Under the pieces are notes generated by a model. The model was not told the origin of the DNA. It saw only the letters and a program-made list of their open reading frames with translations, and did not search any database. Both the position numbers and the translations under genes were made by a program. This document shows positions 31,969 through 42,478 of a DNA stretch of 64,000 nt, piece after piece. Every line of letters starts with the position of its first letter. Positions within the stretch are counted from its first letter, which is position 1. Origin of the DNA: an uncultured Gemmatimonadales bacterium (GTDB lineage Bacteria > Gemmatimonadota > Gemmatimonadetes > Gemmatimonadales > Gemmatimonadaceae). The DNA lies in the NCBI GenBank assembly GCA_963793305.1, contig CAWBZV010000005.1:480001-544000 (forward strand), given 5' to 3'.

Positions 31969-32082
31969 AAGATCCCACATGCGGGGAGCCGTGGGCGTCG
32001 TCGAACTTTGCGCCTTGATGGGTGCCAATGCCACGAGTGACACCGCGAGCCCGACGAGCGAGATGCCATCGCTCCGAATCAT
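31968..32082 (-). pseudogene. 5' remnant of a secreted-protein gene
   Basis: GGAGG RBS + 'MIRSDGISLVGLAVSLVALAPIKAQ' signal peptide, then runs into the antisense of the hydrolase. Confidence 0.45.
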
Positions 32083-32278
32083 AGTTGCCTCCATCCATAG
32101 GCATGTGCGGTCCAGCTGTCTGAGGCAACGCTCTCGCGGCGAGTGACGCGATATCCGCGACCAACGGTACGCGTGCCGCCGGTGATTCCACGCGATTTCG
32201 CCTGACCGCTCACCGCGCGGAACGCACCGCTTGTCGCGATGTTGTTGCCTGCGCTCCGGGAATCGCCAATCGTCGCCA

Positions 32279-33382
32279 ATGCCACTCTTGCCCCTGGTTC
32301 TCGCAATCGCGGTCCAAGACTCCGTGGGCACGACTTGGACATATGACACGCCAGACGGGCGCGTGCGCATCGAAGTCGTGGCGACTGGCCTCGCGGCGCC
32401 GGTCAGCCTCTCGTTTCTTCCCGACGGACGGCTCTTGATCGCCGACCGTCCGGTCGGCGTGCTCAGCGTGCTCGATCTGGCGACGCGGACGCGCATTCCG
32501 ATCGACGGCGTGCCGCCGGTGCACGGCAAAGTCGACGGGGGATTGCTGGAGGTGCTCGTATCGCCGGACTACGCGCGCACCGGTTGGGTCTACTTCGCGT
32601 CCGCGATCGAAGTGCCTGGCGGCAACACGACGGTGGTCGACCGCGCACATCTCATCGACGGTCACCTCGTCGGCCGCGAACGGTTGTTCATGGCGCAGCC
32701 CATGATACCGAACAGCAACGAGTTCGGGGCGCGTCTGGTGTTCGACCATGGATTCTTGTACGTGTCGCTGGGCCAGCGCAACCTGCCCGAGCATGCACAG
32801 AACCTGGGCTCCGATCTCGGCAAAATCATTCGGCTCTTGGACGACGGCCGCGTTCCGCGATCGAATCCGTTCGCTCGCACGCGTGGCGCCCTGCCGGAGA
32901 TCTGGAGCTACGGCCACCGAAATCCCGTTGGTCTGGCGTTCGACCCGGCGACCGGCACGCTGTGGGAGCACGAGCACGGCCCGCAAGGGGGCGACGAGAT
33001 CAACATCGTCCGGCGTGGCCGCAACTACGGTTGGCCAGTGATCACGTACGGCGTCGAATACGGCGGCAAGCCGGTCGGCCAGGGTCTGACGCATCACGCG
33101 GGGATGGAACAGCCCGTGTTCTACTTCAATCCCGACATTGCACCGAGCGGCCTAATGTTCTATACGGGCGACCGGTTTCCGCACTGGAAGGGGAGCATGT
33201 TCATCGGCGCTCTCGTTGGCCGATGCCTCGATCGGCTGGTCGTCGAGAACGGGCGCGTGATGCACGAGGAGCGACTGTTCGAGGATCGTCACTGGAAGGT
33301 CCGCGCGGTGCAGCAGGGGCCGGACGGGGCCATCTACGTGGGCGTGGACGGCGGCATGGTCCTTCGCCTCACGCCCGATTGA
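32279..33382 (+). CDS. PQQ-dependent glucose/sorbosone (aldose sugar) dehydrogenase
   Basis: 'GKIIRL...EIWSYGHRNPVGLAF...EHGPQGGDEIN...NYGWP...APSG'. Confidence 0.93.
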   Translation: MPLLPLVLAIAVQDSVGTTWTYDTPDGRVRIEVVATGLAAPVSLSFLPDGRLLIADRPVGVLSVLDLATRTRIPIDGVPPVHGKVDGGLLEVLVSPDYARTGWVYFASAIEVPGGNTTVVDRAHLIDGHLVGRERLFMAQPMIPNSNEFGARLVFDHGFLYVSLGQRNLPEHAQNLGSDLGKIIRLLDDGRVPRSNPFARTRGALPEIWSYGHRNPVGLAFDPATGTLWEHEHGPQGGDEINIVRRGRNYGWPVITYGVEYGGKPVGQGLTHHAGMEQPVFYFNPDIAPSGLMFYTGDRFPHWKGSMFIGALVGRCLDRLVVENGRVMHEERLFEDRHWKVRAVQQGPDGAIYVGVDGGMVLRLTPD

Positions 33383-33438
33383 TGGTGAACCGCCCAAGGG
33401 GCTTGCGCGGCGCGAGGCGATGCCACATGGTCTCGCGC

Positions 33439-34314
33439 ATGAAGGCGTACGGGAAAGGGTTCTGGCTTTTCCAGGCCGCCGGATGGACGGCGTTCGCCGG
33501 TGCCTTGCTGCTGCCGTGGCTGGGATCGTATCCCATTGGTCCGATGCTCGCCCGCAAGATTCCCATCGCGTGTGTCGGGCTATTGACGACGCTCGGTCTT
33601 CGAGGGTTGTACGGGGCTGTGAGACGCCGAAGTAAGCCGGCCTGGGTCGTGGGCGCGGCAGCGATCGCCGGGTCGGCCGCCGGCGCGTGGGTCTGGGCGG
33701 CTGTCGTTGAGCGCCTCGAGCCGGAGACCTTGATTCGTGCATCGCTCGATCGCGTTCCGGGAACCGCATACTATGCGTTCGTGCTCGCCGGGTGGAGTGC
33801 GCTGTACTTCGGCCTCATGCACGTGCGCGCGCTCGCCGTCGAGCGCGCACGCAGCCTGCATGCCGAGGCGATGGCGAGCCGCGCGCGACTGCAGGCGCTT
33901 CGCTATCAGCTCGACCCGCACTTCCTGTTCAATACCCTGAACGCGATCTCGACGCTGGTCGTCGAGCAACGCACGGAGGAGGCGGAGCGGATGATCGCCC
34001 GTCTCGGGGAGTTCCTGCGCCTCACCCTCGAGGGCGGCCAGGCCGACGAGATTCCGCTTGGCGAGGAGCTGGAGTTCGTCAGGCGCTACCTCGAAATAGA
34101 GACGGTGCGATTCTCGGATCGGCTCGCGGTCGAGATTGACGTCGAGCCAGCGGCGCTCGGCGCCCGGGTGCCGGCGATGATTTTGCAGCCGATCGTCGAG
34201 AATGCACTCCAGCACGCGGACGGGCGCATCACCGTCACGGCGCGGCGTCAGGACCGTATGCTGCAGGTGTCGGTTACGGATAACGGGCCGGGATCCGCGC
34301 GCGACTGGCGTTGA
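33439..34314 (+). pseudogene. LytS-type sensor histidine kinase, ATPase domain truncated
   Basis: TM helices, 'LRYQLDPHFLFNTLN', 'LQPIVENALQH', 'DNGPG' then lacks the GxGL box. Confidence 0.85.
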
Positions 34315-34946
34315 TGGCGGACGTGTCGGTCGTTGGCGAATGTGAAGACGGACGACAGGCGGTCGATGCCATTCGACGACTGGAGCCGGCGCTCGTGTTC
34401 CTCGACGTGCGGATGCCGGACATGAGTGGCTTCGACGTCATTGAGCGTGTCGGCGCGGGGCGAATGCCGGTGGTGATCTTCGTCACGGCCTACGATGTCC
34501 ATGCGATTCGGGCGTTCGAGGTCGAGGCGCTCGATTACGTGCTCAAGCCGATCGACAGCGGGCGTCTGGCGCACGCCGTCGCGCGTGCCCGGCGCCGCCT
34601 CGGGAGTGACCGCCAGGCGCGGCTCGCGGTTCGTGATCGCGGGCGGATGGTGCTGCTGGACCCGAACGACGTGACGCGCCTCGAGGCGGATGGCGACTAC
34701 GTCCGCGTCTATGCGGAGGGGGCGACCTACCTCGTGCGGGAGACCCTCACGGGGATGGAAGCGCGGCTCGATGGGGCGCGGTTCGTGCGTGTGCACCGCT
34801 CCACGATCGTACAGTTGCGGTACGTGAGACAGTTGCGGCGGCAGCATGATGCTCGGTTCGTCGTGACGCTCGCCGACGGTACGCGCGTCAGAACGAGTCG
34901 GCGGTACCGCCATCGCCTGCAGGCCCTCATCGAATCGCTCGCCTGA
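34289..34946 (+). pseudogene. LytTR response regulator lacking the first receiver strand
   Basis: Frame starts 'GIRARLALMADVSVVGECEDG...FLDVRMP...DYVLKP...FVRVHRS'; no N-terminal 'LIVDDE'. Confidence 0.85.
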
Positions 34947-34989
34947 CGATGATCGCCGAATAGACCCCCGGAGCCGCGACAGCGCGTGA

Positions 34990-36085
34990 TCACCGCAAGC
35001 TGATCTCTTGGTAGACGAGGCCAACCAGCGCTTCCGCCATATTGTCAAATTCCTTCGAGAGATCCTTGTCATTTCCGGCAAATCGTTGCCGGAACGGCGT
35101 GAGATCCACGCTTCCCTTGACCTCGTCGAAGTTGGCGAACTTGCCGTGGCCGGATTTCCCTAGCGCGTCGTTCATTTGATCCACCGCGCTCTTCATGAAA
35201 TCTCTGATCAGGTAGATGTGCGTCCTGTCGTGCAGCACCGGTCCGTGACCCGGCACGAACGCGGTCGCATCCAGCTGGGCGAGCTTGTCGAGCGTTTGGA
35301 TCCACTCGCCGGGATAGCCGTCGTACATGGAGGTCAGCGGATACCCCACGAGATCGCCCGTCATCACGATGCGTTCTTTGGGGAGATAGGCCACGGCGTC
35401 ACCCGCCGTGTTGCCGCGTCCCAGGAACTTGACCTGGACCTCTCGATTGCCCAAGTCAATGCTGAAATCGTGATCAAAGGCGAGCGTGGCGCTCTGGAAC
35501 CGGGTCTTCGCGATCTCCGCCATAATCGGTACGCGTTGGGCGAGATAATTCTTGATCTCTGTCTTCCGGGCGTCCGTCAAGGGCTTGCCGTCGAAACCCT
35601 TTCCGCTGTCCAGCCGTTGTTGATACTCGGCGTTGGACTGTTTCTCACGCAACTCCGACGTCGGCCCGTAGCGGTCCATGTCTTTCTTCGCTTCCACCGT
35701 GGCGATGAAGGTCGTCGCGGGAAAGGCATCCATGTAAGCGCGGTTCGCGAAGTTGTGGTCGTTGTGGAAGTGCGTCGTCAGCACGAAGCTGACCGGCTTG
35801 TCCGTCCACTGGCGGATTTGGGCGATGTCTTCCCGGGCATCCGAGGGCATAAATCCGGCATCGACCACGAAGACCTGCCGGTCGCCGATGATCACCGTCG
35901 TGTTACTGCTCCCGACGCCAAGCTGCTCGATCTTTGTGCTGGATCTCATAGACGCCGTCGGCGAGCTTCGTCACTTTCCGTTCCGCTTGGCCGGACAGCG
36001 GCTGCGCCGCCGCGCCGAGTCCGAGCGCCATCATACACAGGTATGGGCGGAGCGAATTGCCGAGCGAATTGCCGCGAAACGCCAT
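34990..36085 (-). CDS. Secreted MBL-fold (cyclase-like) hydrolase, frameshifted near 35930
   Basis: 'VTKLADGVYEI' then 'THFHNDH', 'GNTAGD', 'GDLV', 'VPGHG'. Confidence 0.85.
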
Positions 36086-36166
36086 TGGGTCTCCGGAAGC
36101 GGATGGCAGGGTGTGGAGCGGTTGAGCCCACTGCAGTAGCTACGCTAGGGGGGGCGAGCGTCCGTG

Positions 36167-36183
36167 TATTGAACGATCCCAAT
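36167..36183 (-). promoter_or_regulatory. Recurrent site ATTGGGATCGTTCAATA
   Basis: TAGCGT at 19 nt; upstream of the MBL gene at 36085. Confidence 0.65.
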
Positions 36184-36259
36184 GCGATGGTCGAACGAAC
36201 CGGCACGAAATAGTCGGTCCGTGCACAGACAGTCGTGGCCGGCCGAAGCCGGAGAACAG

Positions 36260-36276
36260 GTTGCATTCATCCAAGA
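36260..36276 (+). promoter_or_regulatory. Recurrent site GTTGCATTCATCCAAGA
   Basis: CAACGT at 20 nt; only an 11-codon ORF follows. Confidence 0.75.
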
Positions 36277-36772
36277 CGGCTTGGTTTGTGGAAGTCCAAC
36301 GTGGAGATGACCACGTGTCGGCCCATCGTGGTACCAGCCTAACCACACGAGCCATCGGCTCAGGACATTGCGCCCGCTGCGGCCGCCCGCCGGGCGGGAA
36401 GCCAAGATGCCAGTACCGCAACGGACGTTGCGGCCTTGGTGGCGCCTGAGTGGCCCTACGGTTGCTTCGGCCAGTGTGAACACGAGGTGTCCGGCGGCGT
36501 GCCTTGAACGATCCGCACATTGCGCCGTGTTCGCGGCTGGTCTGCGGCCATTGATCGTTTGCGATGGGCTGATCACCAATCGTGAGACGTACACTACCGT
36601 CCCCGGTCCGACGCACACCCCGATCCATCCATGGTCTCGCTGCGTGGGGGAGTGACGCGGATTGCAACCTGAAGTAGCGCCTCGTCGGCGTCGCACGCCT
36701 CGGGGCGCAGGCTCCAACGCGCCCTGGCCGTCGTGAGAAACCAAGCGGAGGGGGCGTGTTGTCCTACGATGC

Positions 36773-37778
36773 GTGACGCGTATACTCGCACTCGTCGTGC
36801 TCGCGTGCCCGGCCTTCGCCCAGGCGCCGGCATCGACTCATGATCCGAATGCCGCCCGGTTCATATCGGGGGACATCGCCCGCTTCTGGCACGTCTTCGA
36901 TGGCGTGCCACACGACAGCGCTTCGCTCGCCAAGTCCGGGGCCGTCTTCCAGCGCGACTACATCGACAGCGGAAGCAGTGGCGTCCACGACTTCGTCGAT
37001 CGAACGTCTCAGGAGTGGCGATCACTTGGCGGGCGTGGTGGCGGCGCACGCCCGATATTACGCGGCGATTCGGCGGAATACGCTGGCGGTCGACACGGCC
37101 ACGAGGGTCAAGGAGACGATTCGCCGAAGTTTCCGCCGATTGGCCGCACTCTGTCCCGAGGCCGTATTCCCGGACGTTTACTTCCTGATCGGGGCAATGA
37201 GTTCGGCCGGCACCGTGTCACCGCACGGTCTGCTCATCGGTGTCGAGATGAATGCGCGCGACAATGCGACGCCGATCGAGGAGCTGGACGCGTGGCATCG
37301 CGCGGTCATTGGCCGGATCGCGGATCTGCCATCGATCGTCGCCCACGAGCTGATTCACATCGAGCAGCCGCCGATGGACTCGGAGCCGACGGTCCTCGAC
37401 GTAGCGCTCCACGAGGGCGGCGCGGACTTCGTCGGCGAGCTTATCTCTGGTGGGTTGATCAATCGCGTCCAGCACGCGTACGGGGATGCCCACGCAGCCG
37501 AACTGTGGGCGGAGTTCAGTCGGGCGCGTGATACGCAGCAGCTGGCCGATTGGTTCTATCAGGGCGACAAGGCGAAGGATCGTCCGGCCGATCTCGGGTA
37601 CTATGAGGGATACAAGATCGCGGAGGCGTTCTATCGCCGAGCGCCGGATAAGGCGGTGGCGGTCTGTCGGATCATGCGCGGGACAAACGCGCGCGAGCTG
37701 CTCCGCCAGAGCGGCTATAGCGTGCCGCCGCGCTCACACGCAACCGATCCTGGGGGCGGTGTGTCTCACGAGCCGTGA
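36773..37778 (+). CDS. DUF2268/GldB-like predicted Zn-dependent protease, frameshifted near 37005
   Basis: Signal peptide, 'DIARFW', AHELIH...EGGADF, 'RPADLGYYEGYKI'. Confidence 0.8.
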
Positions 37779-37875
37779 CCGAGACTCGCACCGCGCAGGC
37801 TGCGGCCGACCGGGAGGTTGATCTCGTCACGGACTCTATCTGCCGCTCGTTTGGATGACCGGCTTCGGATCGCGG

Positions 37876-40266
37876 TCACTCCTCCCGCATCGTGCGCGCT
37901 GGGTCTATCCGGGTCGCGCGGCGGATCGGTGTCAGCGAGGCCACGCCGGCCACCGCGACGACCACGCTCGCGGCGATCCCGAATGCGAGCGGGTCGCGCG
38001 GATCTACGCCGGTCGCGAGATGCGCGACGAACCGCGATAGTGTGAGTGCGGCCGGCAAGCCGATCGCCAGGCCGAGGCCGGTGAGCACGCCGCCGTGGCC
38101 GGCGATCAGGCGACGGATGTCGCGTCGCGTAGCGCCGAGGGCGATGCGCACGCCGATCTCGCGCGTGCGCTGGCCGACCATGAAGCTGACGACGCCATAG
38201 AGGCCGATGCCGCAGAGGGCCAACGCGACCACCCCGAAACCCACGAACAGCATCGTCGTGATCCGCGACGTGACGGTGTGCTGTTCGACGAGGGTGGCGA
38301 CCGTCGTGATCTGCGCCAGCGGCACGAGCGGGTCGACACCCGTCACCGCCGTGCGAACTGTCGGCAGGACCGCCAGTGGGTTGCCTCGGGTTCGGACGAG
38401 GAGCCACTTTGGTTCACCCGACGACGAGGCATCATACATCTGCTCAGGGAATCGCACGCCGGCCTCCGGCAGTGCGACATCCGCGGTGACACCGACGATC
38501 GTCCACCACGGGCCGATGCTCGCCATGCGCAGGCGGTGTCCGAGCGCGCTCTCCTGTGGCCAATACCGGTGCGCCATGCGGGCGTTGATCACGATCTCGT
38601 TGTTCGACGATGCCGTGTACGTCCGTCCTTCGAGGATCGGTAACTCGAGGACCGCGAAAATGCTGGGATCGGCGCTCATCTTCGACATGAATGGCGGCTG
38701 CTCGTTGGGCGCGAGTGACCGTCCGTCGATGGTGAGCGCGCCAAGGATTGCACCCGTGGTTGGTGGCGCCACCTCGGCGATGGCGGCGGCGGTGACCCGC
38801 GGGGAGCGGCGGATCACCTGCACCATCCGGGTCATCGCATCCGTGCGATCGACCGGATTCGCGTAGCGCGCGCCGGCGAATACGAGGCGCACGGCGAGAA
38901 TGTCGCGCGGTTCGTAGCCGAGGCGTTCACGGCTCAGGTGGATGACATGTCGGACGAGCACGCCGGCAGAGATGAGCAGCGTAACCGACATCGCGATCTG
39001 ACTCACGACGAGCGCGTCGCGCAGCAGTCCGCTCCGGCGGCGCCCCGGCGTGATGCCACCGCCTGATCGGAGCGTTCCGGCCACGGCATGCGTCGTCGAT
39101 CGCAACGCGGGCAGCAATCCACTGAGCAGGCCAGTCAGGAGCGAGATCCCAATGCTGAAGGACAGCAGCCAGGCGTTCGGGGAGAGCGGGCCCAGGAACG
39201 AACGCAGGTTGACGTCGCCGGGCGCCGTCGTCCAGCTGATGGTCACGAGCTCGATGATCCAGGCTGCGATGGCGATGCCGAGCACGCCGCCGGTCACGGC
39301 CAGGAGGCCGCTCTCGACGAGGTGCTGCTGTATGAGTCGGCGACGGCTGGCACCCAGTGCGCTGCGCAGTGCGATCTCCCTCCGCCGCTCGATGCCGCGG
39401 GCGAGCAGCAGGTTGGCCACGTTGGCGCAAGCGATCAATAGAACGAGGCCCACCGCGGCGGCGCACACGAACAGGGTGTCGCCGGCGTACAGCCGGACGA
39501 ACTCCGCGGGACGTTGCAGCAACGGCACCATGGTACCGAGTGACACGCGCACCGCCGACTGGGGCGTTGCCGCCGCCAGATCAGAGGTCGCGGCCTTGAG
39601 CGTGACGCCGCGACGCAGCCGTCCAATCGCGGCCGCCATCTCGACGGTGTCACGCACCGATGCCGGCAGATACACGCTCCATCCTCCGATGGTCGCGTGC
39701 GCGATATCGAGCTCGGGCGGCGCCACCCCGATCACCGTCCGGCTCGATCCGTCGAGCGTGAGGCTTTTGCCGATCGCCGAACGAGGCTCGCCGAAGTGAT
39801 TGATCGCGAAGGTCGAGCTCACGATCGCCACCGGGCCGGCGCCGGCGGCGGCGTCCGCATCGGTGAAGCTCCGCCCCAGCGTGGGCGGCGTGCGGAGCAC
39901 CGCAAACAGGCCGGGCGTGATGCGTATGCCCGGAATCACTTCGGGCGTGCCGGCCCCCGTCAGCGTCAACTCCTGTTCCCGATACGCCTCCAACGCCTCG
40001 AACGTGCGCGCCGAGCGGCGCCAGGCATCGAGCGTGGCATTGGACGCCGACAGTTGGAAGGTATGGGTGTCATTGGTCATCGACACGAACACGAGGCCAC
40101 GGGTGTCGAACGGCACCGGATGCACGAGCGTCTGCTCCAGCAGCGAGAAGATCGCGGTGTTGGCTCCGATGCCGAGCGCCAGCGTGAGGATCGCGGTGGC
40201 CGCGAAGATGGGTCGCGCGCGCAGCGCCCGTACGGCGTATTGGATATCCAGGCCGAGCTGAGACAT
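37876..40266 (-). CDS. ADOP-family ABC permease (intact)
   Basis: 'DIQYAVRALRARP...LALGIGANTAIFS...LIACANVANLLLAR...GLYGVVSFMVGQRTREIGVRIALGA'. Confidence 0.95.
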   Translation of the reverse strand: MSQLGLDIQYAVRALRARPIFAATAILTLALGIGANTAIFSLLEQTLVHPVPFDTRGLVFVSMTNDTHTFQLSASNATLDAWRRSARTFEALEAYREQELTLTGAGTPEVIPGIRITPGLFAVLRTPPTLGRSFTDADAAAGAGPVAIVSSTFAINHFGEPRSAIGKSLTLDGSSRTVIGVAPPELDIAHATIGGWSVYLPASVRDTVEMAAAIGRLRRGVTLKAATSDLAAATPQSAVRVSLGTMVPLLQRPAEFVRLYAGDTLFVCAAAVGLVLLIACANVANLLLARGIERRREIALRSALGASRRRLIQQHLVESGLLAVTGGVLGIAIAAWIIELVTISWTTAPGDVNLRSFLGPLSPNAWLLSFSIGISLLTGLLSGLLPALRSTTHAVAGTLRSGGGITPGRRRSGLLRDALVVSQIAMSVTLLISAGVLVRHVIHLSRERLGYEPRDILAVRLVFAGARYANPVDRTDAMTRMVQVIRRSPRVTAAAIAEVAPPTTGAILGALTIDGRSLAPNEQPPFMSKMSADPSIFAVLELPILEGRTYTASSNNEIVINARMAHRYWPQESALGHRLRMASIGPWWTIVGVTADVALPEAGVRFPEQMYDASSSGEPKWLLVRTRGNPLAVLPTVRTAVTGVDPLVPLAQITTVATLVEQHTVTSRITTMLFVGFGVVALALCGIGLYGVVSFMVGQRTREIGVRIALGATRRDIRRLIAGHGGVLTGLGLAIGLPAALTLSRFVAHLATGVDPRDPLAFGIAASVVVAVAGVASLTPIRRATRIDPARTMREE

Positions 40267-40418
40267 GGCCTGTTCGATGGTAAGATCCATACCAGCGATC
40301 GGCCCATGTCAACTACGTGGTGCATCGGCGCTTTCGTCTGGTGCGAGGCGGTCGTGGTGTTCGCCGGCGGGACCGCCTGCTCGATTACGAGACCAGTGGA
40401 TCGCGTGAAGAGGCAGTG

Positions 40419-40435
40419 TCTTGAACGAATGCAAC
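40419..40435 (-). promoter_or_regulatory. Recurrent site GTTGCATTCGTTCAAGA (consensus)
   Basis: Upstream of the ADOP at 40266. Confidence 0.8.
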
Positions 40436-40532
40436 GCGTCCTTGGTGACGCGGGTGACGATCACTCCCTCTACACCCATCCGGCCGGCCTTGGTGGCGCG
40501 TGACCATCTGGCGGTGGATTCCGTCGCCGCGT

Positions 40533-40955
40533 TCATACCGTGCCCAGGGCTTGCACGCGGGAGTGATCCCCTGTCGGCACAATGCCGGCGGTTTCGATCA
40601 TGAGGATCACCGAGCGTTCTGGCGCTCGGGTGCGGTGGCGGATGCCTTTCGGCACCACGAACCCCTCGCGTGGGCGCAGCGACACGACACGGCCGGGCGT
40701 GGTGCCGTCGGCCTGCGGTTCGAGATCGATCAGGAAGAGACCCTCGAGGACGAAGAAGAACTCGTCGTCCTGGGCGTGCTCGTGCCAGTGGTACTCGCCC
40801 TGCATGACGCCGAGTCGGACGACGGACTCGTTGACGCGGGCCAGGGTTTGATTGTACCAGGCGTCGCGGACCGACGCGACGAGCGGGTCGAGGGCGATCG
40901 TCTCCAGGGGATTGAAGAGGACGTTGAGATGCGTCGCGTAGGGGAACTCTGGCAC
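40533..40955 (-). CDS. Cupin domain protein
   Basis: 'GEYHWHEH...DEFFFVLEG...GFVVPKGIRHRT'. Confidence 0.9.
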   Translation of the reverse strand: MPEFPYATHLNVLFNPLETIALDPLVASVRDAWYNQTLARVNESVVRLGVMQGEYHWHEHAQDDEFFFVLEGLFLIDLEPQADGTTPGRVVSLRPREGFVVPKGIRHRTRAPERSVILMIETAGIVPTGDHSRVQALGTV

Positions 40956-40958
40956 GCG

Positions 40959-42314
40959 TTACCTCCGGGCGATGCGGAGCATGGCGGCGATCGATTGCTC
41001 GACGTCGGCATCGGTCGTGGCCCAACAAATCACACTGACGCGCATGGCGGTTTTGCCTTGCCACACCGTCGGGCCGCACCAGCAGGTCCCGTCGGCTTGA
41101 ATGGCCGAGACGATCTCGCGCGTGCGCTGGGCGTCCCCGAACGACACGAGGACTTGGTTGAGCACGACCTCGTTCAACACCTCGAAGCCAGCGGCGCTGA
41201 AGGCGTCGGCGAAACGCCTCGCCTGCCGGCAGTGTCGCTCGACCATCTCGGCGAGGCCGGAGCGACCGAGCGTGCGCAGCGCGGCCCAGGCATCGACACC
41301 GCGGGGCCGTCGTGAGACTTCGGGCGTGTACTCTGATGGGTTGGCGTCGTCGCTCGGGAGATAGTCGGCACGGATCGTCATCGACCGACGCAGCGCGTCG
41401 CCATCTCGCACGATCACCACACCGCAATCGTATGGCACGTTGAGCCACTTGTGCGCGTCGGTTGCCCCACGAGTCGGCGAGCTCGACGCCATCGGCCAGG
41501 TGTGCGCGCGCTGGCGCGACGCGAGCCCAGATGCCGAAAGCGCTGTCGACGTGGATCCATACCGGGACGTTCGAACCCACGGACGTGGTCGGCGATGTTC
41601 CGAAACGGATCGAACGCGCCGGTGTTCACGTTTCCGGCTTGCACGCATACGATCGTGGGCGTGGTGAGGCGGGGAATGGCCTCGGCTCGCATGCGGCCCT
41701 GCGCGTCCACGGGAACTGTGCTGACGCGCGTGCGGCCCAGGCCGACGACGCCGAGCGCCTTGAACAGGGTGGAGTGGGCTTCGCCGCCCACGACGACCGT
41801 CAGCGGTGGGGCGCCGAATAATCCATCGGCGCGCGCGTTCCAGCCTACCTGTTGGAGCAGCGTGTCGCGGGCGGTGGCGAGGGACGTGATGTGGCCGGCG
41901 GTGGTCCCGGTGACGAACGAGCCGCCGGAGGTTGGGGGGAGTCCCAGCAGGGCGATTGTCCAACGCAAGGCGATCTGCTCGAGGCGTGTGCTGCCCGGCG
42001 AGCCGACTTGGAAGGCACCGTGCTGTTCCCACACGGTCGATAGCCAATTTGTGGCAAGGGCTGCCGGAAGCGCGCCGCCGTTGACGAAACCGAAGTAGCG
42101 AGGTCCGGCGATCGCCACCGTTGCGGGAGAGGCATAACGATCGAGCTCTTCGACGATTGATTCGGGGGATCGGGGCTCATCCTGGAGCGGGACGTTCGAG
42201 CGCATCCAAGCCCGCGAGCGCCTCCGGCGTGGGTGCCACGGCGCGCTCGCCGAGCATTCCGAGGAAGCGCCGGGAGCGCTCCGCCACGTCGGCCAGTACG
42301 TGCCAGTTCGTCAT
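40959..42314 (-). CDS. Group II PLP-dependent (aromatic amino acid-type) decarboxylase, ~3 frameshifts
   Basis: 'GPRYFGFVNGG', 'QAGNVNTGAFDP', 'WIHVDSAFG', 'TDAHKWLNVPYDCG' spread over frames. Confidence 0.88.
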
Positions 42315-42478
42315 GCGGTATTATGGAGCGGCACGAGCGTGAATGGCGAGTGAATTTCGGGCCATGTGCGCCATGCGATGCGGTCTATAGGATGCGACAT
42401 GCGCCACAGGGTCGGGGCCCACGACCGTTACTCCGAACGCATGGCTCAGGTTCCGTTCCGGATCAGCGCCATCCTCGG

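Noticed and set aside
36300..36770. ORFs in the 470-bp gap and a weak motif copy at 36502
   Set aside because: No recognisable protein signal, and the motif copy lacks the CAA half
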